Notes under the pieces: generated by a model
The model's input: the letters and a program-made list of their open reading frames with translations, nothing else
Database searches by the model: none
What the model was told of the DNA's origin: nothing
Position numbers and translations under genes: made by a program
In this document: in pieces, positions 1-7,198 of the stretch
How positions within the stretch are numbered: the stretch's first letter is position 1
How the letters are laid out: each line of letters opens with the position of its first letter
Virus record (IMG/VR): IMGVR_UViG_3300013105_000022
Coordinates: 1-64,000 of that record
Reading direction: 5' to 3' (one strand)
DNA length: 64,000 nucleotides
Source: a virus
Taxonomy: Duplodnaviria; Caudoviricetes

Positions 1-43
1 AGGCAAAGTACATGTGCCAGGTGGGTAGGAGCTTGTACATTAT

Positions 44-120
44 GGTGGTAGAGGCAGAGCGGTTGTTGCAACAGGTTGTGAGCCTGTCCCCTGGCGGGTT
101 CGATTCCCGTCTATCACCCA
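44..120 (+). tRNA. tRNA-His(GTG)
   Basis: Cloverleaf; ACAGG-TTGTGAG-CCTGT anticodon arm, GGTTCGATTCC T loop, extended acceptor. Confidence 0.9.
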
Positions 121-164
121 GAGCGGTTGTAGGTAACGCGGAGACATCCGGTGGAACCTAATTT

Positions 165-237
165 GGCTCTATGATGTAAAGGTAAGCATGTCAGCTTGTC
201 AAGCTGGATGTGGGGGTTCGACTTCCCCCTAGAGTCG
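165..237 (+). tRNA. tRNA-Asp(GTC)
   Basis: TCAGC-TTGTCAA-GCTGG, TTCGACT T loop, GGCTCTA/TAGAGTC acceptor, G73. Confidence 0.9.
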
Positions 238-242
238 CAAAA

Positions 243-295
243 AGCTCTTGAGAAAGAGCTTGACAATACGTCTGGAAGGGCGTATAACTAAGACA
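243..295 (+). promoter_or_regulatory. Promoter of GOLLD/tRNA operon with an inverted repeat abutting the -35
   Basis: AGCTCTT-GAGA-AAGAGCT hairpin, TTGACA 260-265, 17 nt, TATAACT 283-289. Confidence 0.75.
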
Positions 296-1085
296 TGGGG
301 CATGACCCATAAGCATCCGTGAGGGTGTGAAAGAGAGTGTGACAACCTCTCGCCAGGCAACTGGTACCTCATGCAATCTGAGTGATTCACTTATCCGGTG
401 CCAAGCTGGGTAAGCGACATTCGAGTCACCTGAAGCACCCTAGGGCCGACCGGCGAGGGGTGGCCACCTGTTCTCGCAGTGTGGAAAAGGATCATGACAA
501 GAGTGTTGTTCATGCAGAGGGTGAGTTAGTTCGAGGCCTGTCAGCCAAGAGCAATCACCACGAGTCACAAGTATTGGACCGGAGGGTTCAAGAAAATGGG
601 ACAAGAAATGTAAGTAGCCTGACAGCGAACGCATTCGAAGGTGTGTAGTATTCTGAATCTCAAAAGGGTTCGGAGCTACATGAGAAAGCACATCTTCAGT
701 CAAATACCGCATCATTAGCTCATTGGCAGAGCAATTCCCTCTAACGGAATAGGCGGCAGGTTCAATTCCTGCATGTTTATGCAAAACACAAGCGAAAGCC
801 TTTCTCGTCAGGTAACGAAAGTGCCTTAATCCTCAGCACGTAAGTGAACTGAGGCAACTGGAAGCTCGCAAGGCCAAGGTTGTTCATAGGAAAGTAGCAG
901 GAGTTCAGGAGCTTAGCGGCCCCTGTTCGGTTGCAAAATCCGTGGAGTAAGTACCTGATTCTGGGGTGGTGCCCCGTAAAATCCACCAGGCATGACAAGT
1001 ACAGTGGCGACACTGTGGAGAAGTCGGGAACCAATAATCCGGCGAAAGCTTGTTACGATAGGATGTATTCTCAGTCCTCTTCACC
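295..1085 (+). ncRNA. GOLLD RNA (~790 nt) with embedded tRNA
   Basis: No credible ORF, dense hairpins, inside a phage tRNA cluster; GOLLD-like segments recalled by eye (GGTGTGTAGTATTC..CTCAAAAGG..GCACATCTT, GCTCGCAAGG, GGGAACCAATAATCC..GTATTCTCAG). Confidence 0.8.
709..783 (+). tRNA. tRNA with CUA (amber) anticodon inside the GOLLD linker
   Basis: TAGCTCATTGGCAGAGC D arm, ATTCC-CTCTAAC-GGAAT, GCAGG-TTCAATT-CCTGC; acceptor has a 3-nt bulge. Confidence 0.75.
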
Positions 1086-1113
1086 CTCCGGGGCCTCGAA
1101 ACCCCCGGAATTT

Positions 1114-1185
1114 GGTCTCATCGTATAGCGGCTAATACGCTAGGTTCTCAGCCTAGTAACCGGGGTTCGATTCCCCGTGGGATCA
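1114..1185 (+). tRNA. tRNA-Glu(CTC)
   Basis: CTAGG-TTCTCAG-CCTAG; canonical T arm. Confidence 0.92.
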
Positions 1186-1186
1186 C

Positions 1187-1255
1187 GCAAGCGTGTAGTT
1201 TAAGAAAAACACCGAGCAAGGCTCGGAGTTGGGGAAATGTCCCCCACGTGAGCCA
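1187..1255 (+). ncRNA. tRNA-like element with a 3-nt loop in place of the anticodon loop
   Basis: GCGTG/CACGT acceptor, GTTT/AAAC D stem, CCGAGC-AAG-GCTCGG, GGGG/CCCC T stem. Confidence 0.55.
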
Positions 1256-1258
1256 TAT

Positions 1259-1330
1259 GGCCCCATCGTTTAGTGGTTAGGACGCTGGTCTTTCAAGCCG
1301 GTAATGAGGGTTCGATTCCCTCTGGGGTCA
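1259..1330 (+). tRNA. tRNA-Glu(TTC)
   Basis: CTGGT-CTTTCAA-GCCGG; canonical arms. Confidence 0.92.
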
Positions 1331-1404
1331 CGTTGTAGCAACATTCCTCCCACGGATAGCTATTCGGTTCAAATCCGACGCGAGACGGCGATAGGGTCAC
1401 ATAA

Positions 1405-1487
1405 CCTGAGTTATACCGTAGGGGTAGCGGGACTGGCTGTAACCCAGTTGCCATTAGGCTCGGGGAGTTCGACTCTCTCACTCAGGA
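1405..1487 (+). tRNA. tRNA-Tyr(GTA), long variable arm
   Basis: ACTGG-CTGTAAC-CCAGT; CCTGAGT/ACTCAGG acceptor. Confidence 0.9.
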
Positions 1488-1616
1488 CGCAACACAAAAC
1501 AGTTATGAGCTTGCCGCGTAAGCGGTAAGTTCTTGAGGCTTCTGGTCAACGAAAAAGCCTACAGGCTGGCGAACCCAAGCGCTACACCTGAGCACGTGTT
1601 AGTAAACTGCTCATAC

Positions 1617-1690
1617 GGGAGTAGAAGAGCCAAGGATGACAGGGCTGACTGTAAATCAGTTCGTGGTAGGTTCGATTCCTACTGCTCCCA
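1617..1690 (+). tRNA. Atypical tRNA-Tyr(GTA), short variable loop, poor D stem
   Basis: GCTGA-CTGTAAA-TCAGT; GTAGG-TTCGATT-CCTAC; GGGAGTA/TGCTCCC. Confidence 0.7.
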
Positions 1691-1771
1691 CGCATGGCGC
1701 AATATTCGGACGTTGAGGATTAGTGACCTTCAACCATTAGTGAGCGCTGGCAGGGAATCGTCTCAACACTA

Positions 1772-1839
1772 GGGACGAGGCAAATGAGCACTCCGGCCTG
1801 ATAAAGCCGGTGGACTGGGTTGGACTCCCAGACGTGCCA
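1772..1839 (+). pseudogene. Degenerate tRNA-Ile(GAT)-like gene
   Basis: CCGGC-CTGATAAA-GCCGG (8-nt loop), CTGGG-TTGGACT-CCCAG, mismatched acceptor. Confidence 0.5.
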
Positions 1840-1875
1840 CATCGGCAGGTTGGTGTAAGGACCATTTCCCTTTAT

Positions 1876-1948
1876 GGGACTTTGGCGTAGCTGGAGCGCG
1901 CGACCGTCTGAAGAGCGGTAGGACAGGGTTCGATTCCCTGAGGTCCCA
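1876..1948 (+). tRNA. tRNA-Phe(GAA)
   Basis: ACCGT-CTGAAGA-GCGGT; canonical T arm. Confidence 0.9.
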
Positions 1949-2038
1949 CAGTAGGCGCGCTAGGCGTCGAAGCCGGAAACTCACTCAAAGCCCGGACGCA
2001 GGAGGAAGCTTTCGAGACGTTTCTCCACCCTAGTATAT

Positions 2039-2111
2039 GGCTTCGTAGGCAACGGAAGACCACTCTGACTTAGAATCAGTGATGCTGTGGGTTCGAATCC
2101 CACCGGAGCTA
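2039..2111 (+). tRNA. tRNA-Leu(TAG), short variable loop
   Basis: TCTGA-CTTAGAA-TCAGT; GTGGG-TTCGAAT-CCCAC. Confidence 0.85.
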
Positions 2112-2112
2112 C

Positions 2113-2196
2113 GCTCGTTTGGTGAAACAGGTAGACACGCCAGTCTCAGAAGCTGGTGCCCGATAGGGCGTGCGGGTTCGACTCCCGTGATGAGCA
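2113..2196 (+). tRNA. tRNA-Leu(CAG)
   Basis: CCAGT-CTCAGAA-GCTGG; long variable arm. Confidence 0.92.
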
Positions 2197-2287
2197 CAAT
2201 GTTGGGGCAATGCGTACGGCACAATTTGAGACACCGCAGGAGTAGCGACGGACCTCAGCCCAACATCTAGGATTCCTCTGTGAATAC

Positions 2288-2371
2288 GCGCGAGTGATGG
2301 AATAGGTAGTCTTGCCAGAATGAGAGTCTGGTGTCCGAAAGGGCGTGGGGGTTCGAGTCCCCTCTTGCGCA
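2288..2371 (+). tRNA. tRNA-Leu(GAG)
   Basis: CCAGA-ATGAGAG-TCTGG; long variable arm. Confidence 0.9.
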
Positions 2372-2395
2372 CAATGAGACCCCAAGGAGGGCAAT

Positions 2396-2746
2396 ATGGA
2401 ATTCGAACTTTACTCCAGCTATTTCGGAGAGAACGCCCCTCGTGTCATCACTGATGTTGAGTGGGTCGATGAACTTGAGCTTGACAACGCTTCATATCAG
2501 TTCTACATCCTCCTTGTCGTCAAGAGAGAAGACGGGTACTACCTGTCCACTGACTCTGGATGCTCCTGCCCAACGCCGTGGGAGAACCACACGTTCCCGG
2601 AGAGCTTCACCGGTCCTCTGACGGCAGAGCAGGCACGTGAGGAGTCTTCTTCCCTCATCGAGGGAGCACAGGAGACAGCGCGTAACGGCTACTCTGAAGG
2701 TCCCGACGAGTATAGGGCTAAGGCACTGCTCGCCAAGATCGTCTAA
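2396..2746 (+). CDS. Hypothetical phage protein (DSGCSCPTPWE motif)
   Basis: AAGGAGG SD, phage-like codon usage, followed by a terminator. Confidence 0.8.
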   Translation: MEFELYSSYFGENAPRVITDVEWVDELELDNASYQFYILLVVKREDGYYLSTDSGCSCPTPWENHTFPESFTGPLTAEQAREESSSLIEGAQETARNGYSEGPDEYRAKALLAKIV

Positions 2747-2749
2747 CTA

Positions 2750-2788
2750 GAAAACCCCAGGTCAGCACATGATCTGGGGTTTTTCTTT
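2750..2788 (+). terminator. Intrinsic terminator
   Basis: AAAACCCCAGGTCA..TGATCTGGGGTTTTTCTTT. Confidence 0.85.
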
Positions 2789-2864
2789 GCCTGAACGGCC
2801 TTACAGGCGTATACATGAGCTAGACTAGAAGCTGTATAACCAGCCATACCCCAGGGAGAACCTT

Positions 2865-3119
2865 GTGTCAATCCTCAGTGATAGCCTGAAGGACGTACGT
2901 GAGCCAAAGCAGAAGCCGAGCAACTTCAGGAAGTGGCTCGACTCTCTTTCAGAGGAGGATCGTAAGATCGCTCTGGATGCTATGCACGACAAGACCATTC
3001 TGAAGACCCACTTGCAGGAAGCCTTCAAGAGGGCAGGCCTTCAGGTCTCTAAGGACACTCTCAACAGGATCAGAGAGCAACTGCAAGACGGAACTCTCAA
3101 GGACGAGGACATTCGATGA
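2865..3119 (+). CDS. Small hypothetical protein, possibly DNA-binding
   Basis: GTG start with GGAG SD; ATGA overlap with next gene. Confidence 0.7.
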   Translation: MSILSDSLKDVREPKQKPSNFRKWLDSLSEEDRKIALDAMHDKTILKTHLQEAFKRAGLQVSKDTLNRIREQLQDGTLKDEDIR

Positions 3120-4336
3120 GTGAGCTAGGCGAAGACATCCAGAAGGCCAAGGAGAAGGCGCAAGCCGCTATCAAGGCCGATGAGTACTTCATGAAGGATT
3201 CCGAAGGTAACTTCAAGGAAGCCACCCTCATGGCTACAACAGCCTGGGGAGAGGATGATTGGAAGGCCTGGCTTCTTGAGCAGGGTACCAATCCGGAAGA
3301 TGTCACCTTCACCTTTGGAGTAACTTCCAATCCGTCCGGTGGTTACTGGAACAAGCTCCTCAATGTCAAGTACAAGAACAAGAATTTGGACGACGAAGGC
3401 GTGCCTCTGTGGCCTGTCATCCAGCCTTCCACGACCGTCTATAAGCTACGTCCCGTAGTCAAGACTCCGAAGGTCTCCAAGTTCAAGACAGCCGTGATCG
3501 GTGCAGACACTCAGATCGGCTTCGACATGGACGACCAGGGCAACCTGTACCCGTACCATGACGACCAGGCTATGGATGTCTTCCTCCAGGTCGTACAGCT
3601 TGAGGACCCAGACCAGACGATTCTTGCCGGTGACATCCTAGACCTTGCAGAGCAGGGCCGATGGGCACAGGAAGCTCGATTCGCGAACACCACACAGCAT
3701 GCCCTAGAGCGTGGCCGTAGGTTCGCCGCTGAGACCCGAGCCGCTACCAGTGGAGAGATTCACTGGATCGAGGGTAACCACGACAAGCGAATGCAGGGCT
3801 TCATGGAAGCCAACGCGAAGAGCGCTATGGGACTTCGTAAGGCCGGATACCCAGACTCGTGGCCTGTGATGAGTCTCCCGAATCTGATTGGTCTCGATGA
3901 CTTCGATACCACCTACATCGACGCATACCCAGCCGGACAGCACTGGATCACCGACAACCTCCGTGTGATTCATGGCACCAAGAGCCGTAGCAACGGTTCT
4001 ACGGCCTCAGCGTATGCCAACACGACTCCACACCTGTCTACCATCTTTGGACACTCTCACAGGCTTGAGATTCAGTCCAAGACGATCTTCGACAGGGCAG
4101 GCAAGATCAGGACGATGAACGTCAACCCTGGATGCCTGTGTCGTATCGACGGTGCAGTACCTTCCGTGCACGGTGCACGACACCTGGACGGCTCTAAGGC
4201 CACGTTCTACGAGGACTGGCAACAGGGCGTGGCAGTGATCCGCTACCGCGACACCGGCGAGTTCTACGTGGAACTCATCCAGATCGACAACGGCAAAGGC
4301 TTCTACGGTGGCCAAGAGCTAGAGTCACGTGTCTGA
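3116..4336 (+). CDS. Calcineurin-like metallophosphoesterase
   Basis: DTQ, GDILD, GNHD, IHG, GHSH motifs in order. Confidence 0.85.
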   Translation: MSELGEDIQKAKEKAQAAIKADEYFMKDSEGNFKEATLMATTAWGEDDWKAWLLEQGTNPEDVTFTFGVTSNPSGGYWNKLLNVKYKNKNLDDEGVPLWPVIQPSTTVYKLRPVVKTPKVSKFKTAVIGADTQIGFDMDDQGNLYPYHDDQAMDVFLQVVQLEDPDQTILAGDILDLAEQGRWAQEARFANTTQHALERGRRFAAETRAATSGEIHWIEGNHDKRMQGFMEANAKSAMGLRKAGYPDSWPVMSLPNLIGLDDFDTTYIDAYPAGQHWITDNLRVIHGTKSRSNGSTASAYANTTPHLSTIFGHSHRLEIQSKTIFDRAGKIRTMNVNPGCLCRIDGAVPSVHGARHLDGSKATFYEDWQQGVAVIRYRDTGEFYVELIQIDNGKGFYGGQELESRV

Positions 4337-4971
4337 TGAGTGTGATTTCCGTAGAGAGGGCCTTGTGCCCAAAATGCGGCACACTTCAGCCTAGAGACGA
4401 GTGGCCTACCTATCCTGACGGAAAATATAGAAGAACATGTAGAGAGTGCAAGCGCGCCAAGGATAGAGAATACGCGGCTAGAACTGCCGAGAAGAGACGC
4501 AAAGTATCAAGCGCTTGGATCAAGGCACACCCAGAGGTAAACAGGTCTAGGGTGAAAGCGTGGCAAAAGAAAAATCCGGAAAAGGCCAGAGAGACCAGAA
4601 GAGCTTGGTACAAGAATAACCCAGAGAAAGTTCACGCCAGCAATCGCGCCTCCTATCTGAGAAATAAGGACGTACACTTCGCAAAAGCGGCTAGATACAG
4701 AGCCAGGAAGCGGGAGGCCGAGTGCGGTTGCGTAGATAAAAGCTTTCGTCAGACTCTGATTAGAGCATATGGAGCTTCTTGTTTCTACTGCGGGGGTTCT
4801 TATGAGCACACCGACCACTTCGTACCTCTTGCTGGCGGAGGAATGAACTGTATTTCAAATCTAGTTCCATCCTGTGCTAACTGCAACCTGTCCAAGAAGG
4901 CGAAGCAAGTAGAGGACTGGACCGGATGGAACGGCAAGAGTCCGACGCTTGAGTGCCCCAGTAAGCGATAG
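4336..4971 (+). CDS. HNH homing endonuclease
   Basis: CFYCG..DHFVPLAGGG.N...NLVPSCANCNLSK; N-terminal Zn ribbon and basic helices. Confidence 0.9.
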   Translation: MSVISVERALCPKCGTLQPRDEWPTYPDGKYRRTCRECKRAKDREYAARTAEKRRKVSSAWIKAHPEVNRSRVKAWQKKNPEKARETRRAWYKNNPEKVHASNRASYLRNKDVHFAKAARYRARKREAECGCVDKSFRQTLIRAYGASCFYCGGSYEHTDHFVPLAGGGMNCISNLVPSCANCNLSKKAKQVEDWTGWNGKSPTLECPSKR

Positions 4972-4982
4972 TAGGAAGTATC

Positions 4983-5129
4983 ATGGAAGCATCATTCGAT
5001 GAGGAAGTCAACGCCTACTACTTCGGTGACGAAGACACCACAGTAGCGAAGGTCGTAGACCTCGGAAGCCGACACGTCTTCGTGGACGTAGACCATAACG
5101 GAAAGATTGTTGGGGTCGAAGTCCTCTAA
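4983..5129 (+). CDS. DUF2283-like small protein (48 aa)
   Basis: MEASFDEEVNAYYF..VFVDVDHNGKIVGVEVL. Confidence 0.65.
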   Translation: MEASFDEEVNAYYFGDEDTTVAKVVDLGSRHVFVDVDHNGKIVGVEVL

Positions 5130-5168
5130 GGACTTGACATCTGACTCTAGAGGGGCGATAGTAGAGCT

Positions 5169-5471
5169 ATGGAAGCTATCACACAGACAGAACCCGTCGT
5201 CACGGTAACGGACGCGGAGACCATCGAGTTCAGTATCGACCTCCCTGGCGTTGAGGACTATGTGCCTTGCGAGCAGTGCGACTCCACTGTGAAGAACGGT
5301 GTCATCGCATCCACTCGTTCGTACATGTTCTTCTTCTACAAGGACGGCCTCTTCTCCTTCTGCAAGCACCACGGAGAGAAGAACCAGGCCAAGCTCGAAG
5401 AACTGGGCGGAACACTGGTACTGGATACCCGTGATCGCCTCATCGAGAACCGGCTTCAGGGACAACTCTGA
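5169..5471 (+). CDS. Hypothetical Cys/His Zn-binding protein
   Basis: CEQC..FCKHH; leaderless after TTGACA-N17-GATAGT. Confidence 0.75.
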   Translation: MEAITQTEPVVTVTDAETIEFSIDLPGVEDYVPCEQCDSTVKNGVIASTRSYMFFFYKDGLFSFCKHHGEKNQAKLEELGGTLVLDTRDRLIENRLQGQL

Positions 5472-5617
5472 AAAATTTCTGACAGTTTGGGCCTTCCGGC
5501 TCAGATGTATGTTACAGTAGGACACATGAGTACAAATCAGACCATCGCAACGCGCGGAGCCTCGAAGCAGGTATCCGGCGTTAAGAGGCCTGTCTAGATT
5601 CATAAAACTAGACTTCC

Positions 5618-5686
5618 AAGAGCCTCTTCAGAGAAATCTGACAGAGGCTCTTGACATTTACGGGGGAAGCCCGTAAGATTAAGACA
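5618..5686 (+). promoter_or_regulatory. Promoter of second tRNA operon with an inverted repeat at the -35
   Basis: AAGAGCCTCT..AGAGGCTCTT overlapping TTGACA, 17 nt, TAAGATT-AAGAC-A. Confidence 0.7.
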
Positions 5687-5818
5687 TAGCCTCCTTGGGG
5701 GAAGAAATTCCGGACAGGATGAGCACTAGAACTCTGGGTAAAGCGCTACGGCGGCTCCCCGTCAAGTACACAGTGGAATCCGATACGGGACCAGGACGTA
5801 AGAGCCTGGCCCCGGAAT

Positions 5819-5905
5819 GGAGTAGTCGCCTAGAGGCCTATGGCGCTTGTCTGGAAAGCAAGTTGGGTACCCAATCCCTCGCAGGTTCGAATCCTGTCTA
5901 CTCCG
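5819..5905 (+). tRNA. tRNA-Ser(GGA)
   Basis: CTTGT-CTGGAAA-GCAAG; long variable arm; G73. Confidence 0.92.
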
Positions 5906-5908
5906 CAA

Positions 5909-5979
5909 AGGGAAGAGCGTGAAGCATGCTTAAAATCGCCTCTAAAGCGGTTGATACTGGGGTAGCGTCCAGTTTCCCT
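5909..5979 (+). ncRNA. Divergent tRNA-like gene with CUA anticodon
   Basis: AGGGAA/TTCCCT, ATCGC-CTCTAAA-GCGGT, ACTGG-GGTAGCGT-CCAGT (no TTC). Confidence 0.55.
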
Positions 5980-5982
5980 ATA

Positions 5983-6070
5983 TGGAGATGTGGTCGAGAG
6001 GCTTATGGCGTCTGTTTCGAAAGCAGAAGTGGCGTTAAACCCACCGCAGGTTCAAATCCTGTCATCTCCG
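5983..6070 (+). tRNA. tRNA-Ser(CGA)
   Basis: TCTGT-TTCGAAA-GCAGA; long variable arm. Confidence 0.92.
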
Positions 6071-6216
6071 CGTTACCACACGTCGTCTTTGTGCGGCTAG
6101 GGTTGCATCCTTACTGAACCGAATCCTGTGACTTGCTAGATAGGGCCACGGGGAGGAGGGTTTGGGTCCGCGAGACACAAGGGGGTTGCTCTTACCTTTA
6201 TCTAGGTGGTATCTTT

Positions 6217-6299
6217 GGAAGGTAAGCGAATGGAAAGCGCGTTGTTTTGAAAGCAATTATCCGGTAACACGGTTGCAGGTTCGAGTCCTGTACCTTCCG
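6217..6299 (+). tRNA. tRNA-Ser(TGA)
   Basis: GTTGT-TTTGAAA-GCAAT; long variable arm. Confidence 0.88.
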
Positions 6300-6300
6300 C

Positions 6301-6384
6301 GAAACCCACGAGAAATTCCAGTTCGACTCTGGTATAGTCCACCACATGGGCTATCCTGCCGGTGCCAGGACTTGTGGGCGTTTT
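6301..6384 (+). ncRNA. Circularly permuted tRNA-like RNA (YrlA-like topology)
   Basis: CCCACGAG/CTTGTGGG stem enclosing, in order, T arm, loop-closed acceptor, D arm. Confidence 0.7.
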
Positions 6385-6471
6385 GGAGATATGGCCGAGA
6401 GGCTTATGGCGTCACTTTGCTAAAGTGAAGTAGGTTGAAATCTACCGCAGGTTCGAATCCTGTTATCTCCG
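6385..6471 (+). tRNA. tRNA-Ser(GCT)
   Basis: TCACT-TTGCTAA-AGTGA; long variable arm. Confidence 0.92.
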
Positions 6472-6573
6472 CGTTGACCGGTTAGGAGTTTCTAGTAACA
6501 CTTCTCCGGCACAGTGGGCATGATGCTAGATGATGGCCCACACTTGACTTAAGTGGGGTAGCTCCCCTAAAGT

Positions 6574-6628
6574 CGTCCTGGTACTGGTGTACGGTACCTG
6601 TTCCCGTTCGATTCGGGAAGCCAGGGCG
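6574..6628 (+). ncRNA. Mini tRNA-like RNA lacking the anticodon arm
   Basis: CGTCCTGGT/GCCAGGGCG, small D-like hairpin, TTCCCG-TTCGATT-CGGGAA. Confidence 0.55.
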
Positions 6629-6787
6629 CAAACTTTCAAGACTAAGTACTAGAATTGACATTTCTAGTCCCCACTCGGTCGGGGAATCGTGCCGAGGGTG
6701 TTTAGCTGGATCATCGTAAAGAAAAGCGGTCTTATCCTACCAGAACGGGATACGCGAGGGGGGTGACCTGTCATCATCGCCTCTTAT

Positions 6788-6858
6788 GGGTCTAAGGTGT
6801 TACGGTAGCACTGGGCGCTCTTAACGCTCAAGCCAGGGTTCGACTCCCTGTAGACCCA
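6788..6858 (+). tRNA. tRNA-Lys(CTT)
   Basis: GGGCG-CTCTTAA-CGCTC. Confidence 0.88.
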
Positions 6859-7055
6859 CGTATGGGGTGACTCCCATTCCACTCCGGTATGTCCCGGACG
6901 TTTTTGCCTTCTCAGTGTATCGATAACAAAGAGAGCGTTATGTACGTACGAGAAGCGTGCACGTGTAAGTACAGTTGACGATACCAACACCGGGCAGTCC
7001 CTCTCGTATTCATGGGACCACGAAGGGGAGTTCCTAGTCAGTTCTAGCCCTTTAT

Positions 7056-7128
7056 GCCTCCGTAACTCAGCGGCTAGAGTAGCTGACTCTTAATCAGCGA
7101 GTCGTGGGTTCGAATCCCACCGGGGGTA
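7056..7128 (+). tRNA. tRNA-Lys(CTT)
   Basis: GCTGA-CTCTTAA-TCAGC; canonical. Confidence 0.95.
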
Positions 7129-7198
7129 CGGTGTTTGTGAGTAGCACCCATACCGGTAAAACTCATCGCATTCCGTCTGTGCGTAATCAGGCGGGCAT

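Noticed and set aside
296-440. tmRNA (starts GGGGC)
   Set aside because: No matching 3' T arm/acceptor or tag reading frame; GOLLD motifs explain the region.
1331-1390. HDV-like theta ribozyme after a tRNA
   Set aside because: It has an L3-like TCCCAC and J4/2-like GCGAG, but helix order does not fit the nested double pseudoknot.
191-2394. Numerous 60-115 aa ORFs on both strands
   Set aside because: They overlap tRNA or GOLLD genes, lack SD and codon bias, and are translation shadows of structured RNA.
5697-5818. RNase P RNA (GAAGAAATTCCGGAC resembles CR-I)
   Set aside because: Only ~130 nt and the other conserved regions are not identifiable.
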